From Candidatus Micrarchaeota archaeon (lineage in GTDB: Archaea; Micrarchaeota; Micrarchaeia; Norongarragalinales; Norongarragalinaceae), in the NCBI GenBank assembly GCA_016207165.1, contig JACQQD010000011.1, positions 32,001 to 96,000 on the forward strand: DNA of 64,000 nt, in the 5' to 3' direction. A model generated the notes under the pieces. That model had not been told where the DNA came from and searched no databases. It saw nothing but the letters and a program-made list of their open reading frames with translations. A program made the position numbers and the translations under genes. This document shows positions 9,094-17,570 of this stretch, one piece after another; position 1 is the first letter of the stretch; each line of letters begins with the position of its first letter.

Positions 9094-9852
9094 ATGGTTT
9101 TGAAGAAAATGAAGTTCACGCGTCTTTTTGAATCCAAGAAATTCGTCTTTTTGCCCTACGTGTGCTTGGGCTACCCCACCCTTCAAGAAAGCATCCAAAT
9201 CGTGAAAACCCTGGAACCCTTTGCCGACGGGTTCGAACTGGGCATACCGTTCTCCGACCCGGTGGCGGACGGCCCAGTGCTTCAAGCCGCCACGCAAGCC
9301 GCATTGAAAAACGGCTTCCACGTAACAGACGCGTTTCGGGCCATCAGGGAAATCCGTTCGTTCACGCAAAAGCCTCTGGCCGTCATGACGTACCTCAATC
9401 CGGTGCTGGCCTACGGCTTGGAAAAATTCGCTTCCGATGCGCAAAACGCGGGCGCGGATGCCGTCATTGTGCCGGATTCGCCCATGGAGGAAAACGATTC
9501 GCTTCAGGCCGCGTGTTCCGGGAAACTGGAAGTGCCGCTGTTCGTTTCCCCTACCACGCCGGATTCGCGGGCCGCCAAGATTTCGGAAAAAGCGCAAGGC
9601 TTCGTGTACGGCATTGCCGTGAAAGGCGTGACTGGCGCACGAGAAAACGCCGCAAAGGACATGCAGGCGTTAGTCGGCAAAGTCAAAAACAAGCCCGTCG
9701 CCATCGGTTTCGGCATTTCGAAAGCCGAACACGTCCAAGCCGTAAAAAATTCAGGCGCGAGAGGATTCATCGTGGGCAGCCAAATCGTGAAAGCGTACAA
9801 CGAATCCAAACTGGACGGGGTAAAACAATTCGCAAAATCCCTATCGCCATAG
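9094..9852 (+). CDS. trpA: Tryptophan synthase alpha chain
   Basis: ELGIPFSDPVADGP, MTYLNPV, GVTGAR, GFGIS. Start at 9094 or 9109. Confidence 0.95.
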   Translation: MVLKKMKFTRLFESKKFVFLPYVCLGYPTLQESIQIVKTLEPFADGFELGIPFSDPVADGPVLQAATQAALKNGFHVTDAFRAIREIRSFTQKPLAVMTYLNPVLAYGLEKFASDAQNAGADAVIVPDSPMEENDSLQAACSGKLEVPLFVSPTTPDSRAAKISEKAQGFVYGIAVKGVTGARENAAKDMQALVGKVKNKPVAIGFGISKAEHVQAVKNSGARGFIVGSQIVKAYNESKLDGVKQFAKSLSP

Positions 9853-10257
9853 GGAAAACTTTTTCGTCAATTCCGAGACGTCGCTCCAGGAGCCAAACAG
9901 GCAGATGCCGAAATACGCCAAATCCGCTTCCCTGGTTTCTTGGGTTCGGGCCACTTGCGCTTCCCAGGAGTCTTGGATGAGCGTGTGCGGAAAATCCGAA
10001 AACGCAATGCCTCGTTCCAATGCACATTGGCGGAGTTTTCGGATCTGCGTGGAATTGCCTTCCAAGACGATGAATGGAATCTTGGAGATGAGCTTGTGCG
10101 AGCCGCCGTCGGCATCTTGGTAGTCGATGAGTTCCAACTTGGACGCGTCGGAAACCACGTGCCCCAAGCCCAACGCCATGTGCGCCAACGCGTTCATGGT
10201 TCGTCCAGCTGGAATTTTGGGATTGAGCACGGCCACCAACTTGTTTTCAAAGGCCAT
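9841..10257 (-). CDS. DUF2000-like (PTH2-fold) protein
   Basis: KLVAVL...NALAHMALGLG...YQDADGGSH...PFIVL...KFSLWR. Start at ATG 10257. Confidence 0.7.
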   Translation of the reverse strand: MAFENKLVAVLNPKIPAGRTMNALAHMALGLGHVVSDASKLELIDYQDADGGSHKLISKIPFIVLEGNSTQIRKLRQCALERGIAFSDFPHTLIQDSWEAQVARTQETREADLAYFGICLFGSWSDVSELTKKFSLWR

Positions 10258-10304
10258 GACGGTTTTGATGCGAAACCCAGCTTGAAGATTGAGTAGTCCA
10301 TGGA

Positions 10305-10931
10305 CTACTTTGTTTGGGAAAGAATCTTGGCTTCGGCTTTGCGCAAGTGGGAGAGGAACACGGTTTTGGGAATGCCCAACAGTTTTGCGGCGCGCGTGGC
10401 GGTGATGCGGCGGGGCCACGCGTAATAGCCGAGGTGCCTTGCCGCTTGGAAGGCTTCGCGCTGCTTGGCCGTGAGGCTCTCGGTAAAACCGGTTTGCTTG
10501 AGGTAACGCACCAACACGGGAAAGCGCTTTTGGAGGTGGGCCAAGACGCGGGCCAGGTTTTGTTTTTCGGAGGACGCCAGCGTCCAGACTTCAAAGAGTC
10601 CCTCAAAGCGGGTGGGGGCCGCGGAAAAACAGTGGTTGTCAAAAAAGACGTCGGAAAAGTGCTCTAGGTTCCGGGTGGCTTTGGTCAGCACGCGGAGAAA
10701 AAGCGCTTCACCACGCGAGAGTTCCTCCACGCGCGACACGTCGCCTCTTTTCTTGAAGTAAGCCAGAACCGCATCGAAAAATTCAGGCGGCCCGTCCACG
10801 CGCACGACGTGGGCGACCTGTTTTTTGATCCAACGGCAGTCCACGGACGAAAAAGTGTTGCGAGGAAAACGAGGGGACACGTCGGAGCCCCAACACCCTC
10901 GGTGTTCGATGGAGAACTCGGCTTGAAACAT
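10305..10931 (-). CDS. Bacterio-opsin-activator-type (HTH_10) transcriptional regulator
   Basis: C-terminal LTAKQREAF..A...GYYAWPR....A..LGI....HLRKAEAKI. Confidence 0.85.
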   Translation of the reverse strand: MFQAEFSIEHRGCWGSDVSPRFPRNTFSSVDCRWIKKQVAHVVRVDGPPEFFDAVLAYFKKRGDVSRVEELSRGEALFLRVLTKATRNLEHFSDVFFDNHCFSAAPTRFEGLFEVWTLASSEKQNLARVLAHLQKRFPVLVRYLKQTGFTESLTAKQREAFQAARHLGYYAWPRRITATRAAKLLGIPKTVFLSHLRKAEAKILSQTK

Positions 10932-11002
10932 GAAAAGGCAATGGGAAGCGCGGGATTTAAAAACAGGGAACGGGACAAGAAAGTAAGCAAGGGTTAGCTC
11001 CC

Positions 11003-11068
11003 ATGACTGAAGTTAAAGCAAACCAACAGAATTGGTCGTTTGGCTTTAGCTTTGGCTATTTTGGCTGA
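11003..11068 (+). CDS. Candidate aromatic-amino-acid leader peptide MTEVKANQQNWSFGFSFGYFG
   Basis: ATG 11003 to TGA 11066-68. Six of the last 11 codons are W/F/Y. Lies upstream of the DAHP synthase operon. Confidence 0.8.
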   Translation: MTEVKANQQNWSFGFSFGYFG

Positions 11069-11072
11069 CTTT

Positions 11073-11168
11073 GGGAAAAACCCTTGCAAGCTGTTTTTGG
11101 TTGAAGTTCTCCGGCTTGCAGCCGGCGGCGGGTTTTTCCCTTGACGTTCAATCGGGAGGGAAGGGAAA
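11073..11168 (+). promoter_or_regulatory. Attenuator-like alternative hairpins: 11073-83 pairs with 11130-40, or 11135-42 pairs with 11161-68
   Basis: GGGAAAAACCC/GGGTTTTTCCC (11 bp) and TTTCCCTT/AAGGGAAA (8 bp) share segment 11135-40. Confidence 0.7.
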
Positions 11169-11208
11169 TGACGAAGGTAAATAAAAGCAAAGACGCGGTG
11201 AAAAAATC

Positions 11209-12219
11209 GTGATCATTGTTTTCGAGCCTAAGGCCACCGAAGCCCAAGTCCAGCACGTGTTCGAGCGGCTCCAGGAATGGGGTTTCACGCCGGTACTGCA
11301 GGAAGGCGAACAGATTTCCATTGCGATTACCGGCGACTCCTCGGCACTAAGAACCCAAACCCTGGAGGCCTTTGACGGCGTGCAGAAAGCCGTCCGCCTC
11401 AAGGAAGCCTACAAGCTGGTGTCCAAGGAATTCAAGCCCGAAGGCACCGTCATTGAGCTTGGGGACGTGAAAATCGGCGGCAAAAAATTGTTGATGATTG
11501 CCGGGCCCTGCAGCGTGGAAACCGAGGAACAATACGTGTCCACCGCGAGAGCCGTCAAAAAAGCGGGGGCCCAGGTGTTGCGCGCCGGCATCTACAAGCC
11601 AAGAACCTCGCCCTACGACTTTCAAGGCGTGGGGGAACGGGGTTTTCCGTGGCTGAAAAAAGCCAAGGACGAAACCGGACTGCCGCTTTGCGCCGAAGTC
11701 TTGGACGTGGCCTCCATTGCCAAGACCAAGGACCACGTGGACATGTACCAAGTCGGCGCCCGCAACATGCAGAACTACGACCTGCTTAGAGCATTGGGAA
11801 AAGGCGGCAAGCCCGTGCTGCTTAAGCGAGGCTTGTCCGGCACCATCAAGGAACTCTTGTTGGCCGCGGAATACATCATGTCGTCTGGCAACCACGACGT
11901 GATGCTATGCGAGCGAGGCATTCGCACCTACGAAACGGCTACCCGATTCACGTTGGATATCGGAGCCGTTCCCGTGCTGCACCACGACACGCATTTGCCC
12001 GTCATCGTGGACCCGTCGCACCCGGCAGGGAAACGGTCTTTGGTTGGATCCATGGCGAAAGCCGGCGTGGCCGCGGGAGCGGACGGCTTGATCGTGGAAG
12101 TGCACCCCGAACCCGAGAAAGCCTGGTCCGACGCGGCCCAGCAGTTGACGTTCGACCAATTCGAACAGTTAATGGCGGAATTAAAGCCCGTGGCGCAGGC
12201 CGTGGGACGGGAGCTCTGA
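11209..12219 (+). CDS. aroF: DAHP synthase, class I-beta with an N-terminal regulatory domain
   Basis: IAGPCSVE, KPRTSPYDFQG, GARNMQN, LKRG, CERGIRT, DPSH. Confidence 0.95.
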   Translation: MIIVFEPKATEAQVQHVFERLQEWGFTPVLQEGEQISIAITGDSSALRTQTLEAFDGVQKAVRLKEAYKLVSKEFKPEGTVIELGDVKIGGKKLLMIAGPCSVETEEQYVSTARAVKKAGAQVLRAGIYKPRTSPYDFQGVGERGFPWLKKAKDETGLPLCAEVLDVASIAKTKDHVDMYQVGARNMQNYDLLRALGKGGKPVLLKRGLSGTIKELLLAAEYIMSSGNHDVMLCERGIRTYETATRFTLDIGAVPVLHHDTHLPVIVDPSHPAGKRSLVGSMAKAGVAAGADGLIVEVHPEPEKAWSDAAQQLTFDQFEQLMAELKPVAQAVGREL

Positions 12220-12220
12220 C

Positions 12221-13264
12221 ATGCAGACGATGAGCCTGGACTTGGGGAAAAGCCGCGTGCTGGTGGGAAGCGGAGCGTTAACCCAAGTCAAGGCCTTGGC
12301 GGAAACGGACGGCAAAGCGTTCATCGCGCACCAAAAAGCCACCAAAGCGTACGCCGAAACGTTAGCCAAACAAATGGACGGCAAGACGCACCTCGTTCAA
12401 ATGCCGGACGGCGAGGCGGCCAAGACACTTGACCAGATTGCCGCCTTGTACCAGGAGGCGCTTGATTTCGGGTTGGAGCGCAGCGACACCGTTTTCGCGG
12501 TAGGCGGCGGGTGCCTGGGGGATGCCGTGGGATTCACGGCCGCCACGTACATGCGGGGCGTTTCGTTGATCCACGTGCCGACGACGTTGTTGGCGCAAGT
12601 GGATTCCGCCATCGGAGGAAAAGTCGGCATCAATTTCGCCGGCACCAAGAACATGGTCGGCGCCTTCCATTTTCCAAAACTCGTGGTCTGCGACATTGAC
12701 ACCCTGGAGAGCTTGCCGGGCGAACAGGTCAAAAACGGTTTGGCGGAAGTCGTCAAGTACGGCTTGATTTTGGACGAGGACTTGTTTTCCTTCGTGGAAG
12801 AAAACAAAGCGGGCCTGCTGCAGAAAAAACCGGAACGGCTTCAGCACGTGGTGTCGCAAAGCGTGCAAATCAAGGGAAAAGTCGTGGCCGAAGACGAGCG
12901 GGAAGCCGGAGAAAGAATGAAACTCAATTACGGCCACACCTTGGGGCACGGAATCGAGGCGGTGACGGCAATGCAGCACGGCAAAGCCATTTCCATCGGC
13001 ATGCATGCCGCCGGCATCTTGGCCGTCAAGCGCGGCCTCTTGAAGCCGAAGGACTTGGATCGGCAAAACCAGCTGCTTATTGACGTGGGATTGCCCTTGA
13101 CGGCCAGGTTTGACGTAAGCGCCGTCATGGAAAAAGTCTCCCACGACAAGAAGAAAACTCAAGGCAAACTGCGCATGGTTTTGCTGGACGCCATTGGCTC
13201 GTGTGCGGTGCATGACGTGAGCGACGACGAGGCCCGAAAAGCCTTGGAAGAGGTATTGAAATGA
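12221..13264 (+). CDS. aroB: 3-dehydroquinate synthase
   Basis: GGGCLGD, PTTLLAQVDSAIGGKVGIN, LNYGHTLGH. Confidence 0.95.
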   Translation: MQTMSLDLGKSRVLVGSGALTQVKALAETDGKAFIAHQKATKAYAETLAKQMDGKTHLVQMPDGEAAKTLDQIAALYQEALDFGLERSDTVFAVGGGCLGDAVGFTAATYMRGVSLIHVPTTLLAQVDSAIGGKVGINFAGTKNMVGAFHFPKLVVCDIDTLESLPGEQVKNGLAEVVKYGLILDEDLFSFVEENKAGLLQKKPERLQHVVSQSVQIKGKVVAEDEREAGERMKLNYGHTLGHGIEAVTAMQHGKAISIGMHAAGILAVKRGLLKPKDLDRQNQLLIDVGLPLTARFDVSAVMEKVSHDKKKTQGKLRMVLLDAIGSCAVHDVSDDEARKALEEVLK

Positions 13265-13938
13265 TTCTGGTTCCCATCGTGGCAAGAACGGTGACGGAAG
13301 CCAAGCGCCAGCTTGCATCCGCGAAGAAAGCGGGAGCCGACGGCGTGGAAATACGGCTGGATGCGTTTGAACACGTCACCTCCGACGACGTACTGGAAAT
13401 GGTAAAAAATAGTCGGCTGCCGGTGCTGGCCACTTGCCGCACCAAGAACGAAGGCGGATTCACGAGAAAGACCAGCGATGAACGAAAAAAACTGTTGTTG
13501 GCGGCCATCCAGGCCAAAGCGGCTATGGTGGACGTGGAATTGTCCAGCCCGCCGGCGTTTCGAAACGCCGTCAAGGCGGCATGCCGCAAAAACAAATGCA
13601 GGCTCGTCGTCTCCAAGCACGATTTTGACCGGACGCCGGAGCCCAAAACCTTGAATCAATGGGTCAAGGAGGCGTTGAAAGCCGGAGACATCGCGAAAAT
13701 CGTGTGCTTGGCCCACCACACCGTCGACCTGCTACGCCTGTTGGACCTCGTCAAGCACGGAAACGGCAACGTGGTGGCCTTTGCGATGGGGGAACAAAAC
13801 AAGCAGAGCCGCGTGCTAAGCCTCTTGTACGGCGCGCCGTTTGGCTTTGCCGCCTTGCACCGCGAAAGCGCGCCCGGACAGATTCCACTGAAGCAGATGC
13901 GGTTGGCGTTGGAGGCCACCAAAGAGTGGGTCGCATGA
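13261..13938 (+). CDS. aroD: Type I 3-dehydroquinate dehydratase
   Basis: EIRLD, TCR...EGG, SKHDF..TP, DIAK, AMG, SAPGQ. Confidence 0.9.
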   Translation: MILVPIVARTVTEAKRQLASAKKAGADGVEIRLDAFEHVTSDDVLEMVKNSRLPVLATCRTKNEGGFTRKTSDERKKLLLAAIQAKAAMVDVELSSPPAFRNAVKAACRKNKCRLVVSKHDFDRTPEPKTLNQWVKEALKAGDIAKIVCLAHHTVDLLRLLDLVKHGNGNVVAFAMGEQNKQSRVLSLLYGAPFGFAALHRESAPGQIPLKQMRLALEATKEWVA

Positions 13939-14759
13939 TTACCGCGAAAACCAAGTTGCTGGCCATCATCGGAGACCCCGTCCAGCACTCGCTTTCTCCA
14001 GTTATGCGCAACGCGTCGTTTGAGGCGTTGGGTTTGGATTACGTCTACGTCGCCCTGAACGTCAAGAAAGAAGAGTTGGAAACGGCTGTGGCCGGCATGC
14101 AGGTTCTCGGGTTTCGGGGTTTCAACGCCACCATGCCGCACAAAAAAGCGCTCTGCGGCTTGGTGGATGAAATGGATGAGTTCGCCAAATTCTGCGACGC
14201 CGTCAATACCGTGGACATCAACGAGACGCTTTACGGCTACAACACAGACGGACCCGGAGCCCTGGAGGCGCTCAAGCAAGCGCAAGCCGATATTTCCAAG
14301 TCCGTGGTGATTGGCGCCGGTGGGGCTGGACGAGCAATTGCCTACGCGTTGGCCAAAGGGGGATCGGAAGTAACGATTTTGAATCGCGACGAACGCAAGG
14401 CGGACGCCGTGGCTGAAAAAATCCGGAAGGCGGGACTCAAGGCGAAAAGCGGCGGGCTCAACGAATTGGAAGCCCAACTGAAAACCGCGTCGACGCTGTG
14501 CCACGCCACGCCGGTGGGCATGCACGGCCATGAAAGCGTGATTCCGGCGAAACGGCTCCACCCGGAACTGACGGTCATGGATGCCGTGTACAAGACCACG
14601 GAGACGAAACTCATTGCCGACGCAAAAAAAGCGGGGTGCCAGATTGTTCCGGGATGGAAGATGCTCTTGCACCAAGGCCAGTTGAGCTTTGAACGCTGGA
14701 CCGGAAAAAAAGCGCCCATGGACGTCATGGAGCAAGCCCTCAAAGAGGCCATGAAATGA
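13935..14759 (+). CDS. aroE: Shikimate dehydrogenase
   Basis: GDPVQHSLSP, NATMPHK, AVNT, NTDG, GAGGAGRA, MLLHQG. Start at ATG 13935. Confidence 0.95.
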   Translation: MITAKTKLLAIIGDPVQHSLSPVMRNASFEALGLDYVYVALNVKKEELETAVAGMQVLGFRGFNATMPHKKALCGLVDEMDEFAKFCDAVNTVDINETLYGYNTDGPGALEALKQAQADISKSVVIGAGGAGRAIAYALAKGGSEVTILNRDERKADAVAEKIRKAGLKAKSGGLNELEAQLKTASTLCHATPVGMHGHESVIPAKRLHPELTVMDAVYKTTETKLIADAKKAGCQIVPGWKMLLHQGQLSFERWTGKKAPMDVMEQALKEAMK

Positions 14760-15256
14760 ACGTCGTGCTCATCGGATTCATGGGCTCCGGCAAAACCAGC
14801 GTAGGGAAAGCCCTGGCCAGAAAAAAGGAAATGGATTTCCTGGACATGGACGAAGAAATCGAAAAACAGGAAGGCCGGAAAATTTCGGACATCGTAAACG
14901 AAAACGGAATGGATTTCTTTCGCGACAAGGAATCCGTGTTGCTTGAAGAAATCAGCCGGAAAAACCCGGAAAACACGGTGGTGGCCACCGGCGGCGGCGT
15001 CATCTTGTCCCAAGAAAATCGCGCGATTCTCAAAAAACTTGGACGCGTGGTTTGGTTGGACGTCAGCCCCCTCCACGCGCATGAAAGGACAAGAAACGAC
15101 GACAACCGGCCTTTGCTGAACCATCCCAACCGCCGGGCCGTCATCGAGGAACTCCTCCGAAAAAGAAAGCCGTTTTACCAGGAAGCCGAACTGCACATCC
15201 AAGTCGACGGAAAGACGCCGGAACAAGTCGCAAAAGAAATCGAGGGAAAACTGTGA
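14756..15256 (+). CDS. aroK: Shikimate kinase (bacterial NMP-kinase type)
   Basis: LIGFMGSGKTSVG, FRDKE, ATGGG, RPLL. Confidence 0.93.
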   Translation: MNVVLIGFMGSGKTSVGKALARKKEMDFLDMDEEIEKQEGRKISDIVNENGMDFFRDKESVLLEEISRKNPENTVVATGGGVILSQENRAILKKLGRVVWLDVSPLHAHERTRNDDNRPLLNHPNRRAVIEELLRKRKPFYQEAELHIQVDGKTPEQVAKEIEGKL

Positions 15257-16485
15257 AAATCATTCCCGGAAGCCTGGAAGGCGCCGTGCACGCGCCGGCA
15301 TCCAAAAGCCACACCCACCGCGCCTTGATCTGCGCGGCGCTGGCCAAAGGATCGTCGCAAATCAAGGGAGCCTTGGTCTCCGATGACACGCTTGCCACGG
15401 CGCGCGGTCTAAGCGTTTTGGGCGCGAAATTGGACAAGGACCACGTGGATGGAACGTACACCTTGGAAAAAGGCGGGACACTGCAATGCCAGGAATCCGG
15501 GTCCACCCTGCGCTTTTTGCTACCCGTCGCGTGCCTCTCCAAACAATCCTGCACGCTGGTGGGGACCGGCCAGTTGCCGCACCGACCCGTCAAACCGTTG
15601 GCCAACGCGCTCAATGCGTTGGGTGCGGACGTGCAAACCCAGAACGGCGGACTGCCTGCACTCACGCAACCCGGATTGAAAGGCGGCCGCTGCACCCTTC
15701 CAGGACACCTCAGTTCGCAGTTTGTCTCCGGGTTATTGTTCGCCCTGCCGCTGTGCAAAAATGATTCCACCCTCAACATCACAGGCCCACTTCAGTCAAA
15801 GCCGTACGCGGACTTGACGAAGCAAACCATCCAAGCCTTCGGCGTTGACGTGAAGGAAGAAGACGGAAAATACCACGTGCCCGGCAACCAACAATACCAG
15901 CCCCAGAAAATCCAAGTCGAAGGCGACTGGTCGTCCGCCGCGTTCTGGATGGTGGCCGGAGCCGTTGGAGGCGACGTCCACGTCACGGGCCTTGAAAGCA
16001 AGTCGCTTCAAGGCGACAAGGCGGTTGCGGCGATACTGGAAAAAATGGGCGCCGACGTGCAAGAAACCGCCAACGGCGTGCGCGTCACGCAAAGCCCGCT
16101 TCAAGGCGTGGAAGTTGACGTATCCAACATCCCGGATTTGTTGCCCATCCTCAGCGTGGCGGCGTGCTTTGCGCAAGGAACCACCCGGTTTTACAACGCG
16201 GAGCGGCTGCGCTTAAAAGAAAGCGACCGATTGGGCGGAATGGCCGAAGAGCTTTCCGCCATGGGCGTTACCCTCCAGGAAAAACAAGACGAACTGGTCA
16301 TCCGAGGCGGCAAAGCGTTGAAGGGAACAACCCTAAAAAGTCACGGCGACCACCGCATTGCCATGAGCCTGGTCATCGCCGCACTCCACGCGAAAGGGGA
16401 AAGCGAGTTGGACGACGCGGACTGCGTCGCCAAGTCCTACCCCGGATTTTTCAGTGATTTAAGCAAGTTGAGGAGAACGACGTGA
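15253..16485 (+). CDS. aroA: EPSP synthase
   Basis: PASKSHTHR, ESGSTLRF, SSQFVSGLL, DWSSA, KESDR, DHRIAM. Confidence 0.96.
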   Translation: MKIIPGSLEGAVHAPASKSHTHRALICAALAKGSSQIKGALVSDDTLATARGLSVLGAKLDKDHVDGTYTLEKGGTLQCQESGSTLRFLLPVACLSKQSCTLVGTGQLPHRPVKPLANALNALGADVQTQNGGLPALTQPGLKGGRCTLPGHLSSQFVSGLLFALPLCKNDSTLNITGPLQSKPYADLTKQTIQAFGVDVKEEDGKYHVPGNQQYQPQKIQVEGDWSSAAFWMVAGAVGGDVHVTGLESKSLQGDKAVAAILEKMGADVQETANGVRVTQSPLQGVEVDVSNIPDLLPILSVAACFAQGTTRFYNAERLRLKESDRLGGMAEELSAMGVTLQEKQDELVIRGGKALKGTTLKSHGDHRIAMSLVIAALHAKGESELDDADCVAKSYPGFFSDLSKLRRTT

Positions 16486-17570
16486 ACCAGCATTACGGCA
16501 AAACATTTGAAGTGCAACTCGCCGGCGAATCCCATGGCCTTGGCGTGGGATGCATCATCCAGGGATGCCCAGCGGGACTGCCGCTGACGGAAGGCGACAT
16601 CCAAAACGAGTTGGACAAGCGAAAACCAGGACAGACGTTAACCACGCCCCGAAAAGAAGAAGACAAAGTGCAAATCAAGTCGGGCGTGTTTGAAGGAAAA
16701 ACCACGGGCGCCCCGATTCTTTTGTGGATCGACAACCACGACGTGCAATCCCAATCCTACGGGAAACTCAACGAAGTCCCCCGACCAGGGCACGCCGACG
16801 TGACGGCCGCCGAAAAATACGGGGGATTCAACGACTACCGGGGCAGCGGCGCGTTTTCCGCGCGGCTGACCGCCGCCTTGGTGGCCGCGGGCGCCATTGC
16901 CAAAAAACTCCTGAAACGCCAAGGCATCGAGATTTTGGGCCACGTCCAGCAATTGCACGACGTGAAAGTCACCGACGCCACCGACGAGGCTATCCGGAAA
17001 AACGCGTATTCCAACCCGGTGCGGTGCGCGGACCCCAAAGCCGCCAAAGCCATGCAACGGCGCTTGGACGAAGCGCTTTTGGACGGGGACTCGCTGGGGG
17101 CCGTAATCGAGTGCCGAGTCCTGAACGTTCCAAGCGGAGTGGGGGAGCCGAGGGCCCAATCCGTGGAAAGCGTGATTGGATCCAACTGTTTGGCGCTTCC
17201 AGCAGTCAAGGGCGTGGAATTCGGGGAAGGCTTTGCCGCCGCAACCATGAAAGGCAGCCAACACAACGACGCCTACCTGGAACAAGACGGCGGCATCGTC
17301 ACGAAGACCAACCACGCCGGCGGCACCCTCGGCGGCATCACCACCGGCATGCCGATCGTGTTCCGCGTCGCGTTCAAGCCCACGTCCAGCATCGCCAAAA
17401 CCCAGACCACCCTGAACGTCGCCACCAAAAAACAAGAAAAACTCAACGTCGGCGGACGACACGACCCCTGCGTCGCGCTTCGAGCGGTTCCCATCGTTCA
17501 AGCCATGGCGGCATTAAGCATCGTGGACTTAATGCTCCAAGCGCAAAAAATCCCGCGGGTGCTGAAATGA
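16482..17570 (+). CDS. aroC: Chorismate synthase
   Basis: GESHG, PRPGHAD, SARLTA, FKPTSSI, GRHDPC. Confidence 0.96.
   Translation: MNQHYGKTFEVQLAGESHGLGVGCIIQGCPAGLPLTEGDIQNELDKRKPGQTLTTPRKEEDKVQIKSGVFEGKTTGAPILLWIDNHDVQSQSYGKLNEVPRPGHADVTAAEKYGGFNDYRGSGAFSARLTAALVAAGAIAKKLLKRQGIEILGHVQQLHDVKVTDATDEAIRKNAYSNPVRCADPKAAKAMQRRLDEALLDGDSLGAVIECRVLNVPSGVGEPRAQSVESVIGSNCLALPAVKGVEFGEGFAAATMKGSQHNDAYLEQDGGIVTKTNHAGGTLGGITTGMPIVFRVAFKPTSSIAKTQTTLNVATKKQEKLNVGGRHDPCVALRAVPIVQAMAALSIVDLMLQAQKIPRVLK

Noticed and set aside
12362-14735. Long antisense ORFs here and throughout the window (for example 19072-20181, 32385-33851, 42464-44065)
   Set aside because: They are shadows of well-identified genes on the opposite strand, as expected in GC-rich DNA.
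16724-17566. N-terminal 281 aa of the 647-aa ORF, suggesting a large PheA fusion
   Set aside because: It overlaps aroC in another frame and is low-complexity and Arg-rich. Real PheA starts at ATG 17567.
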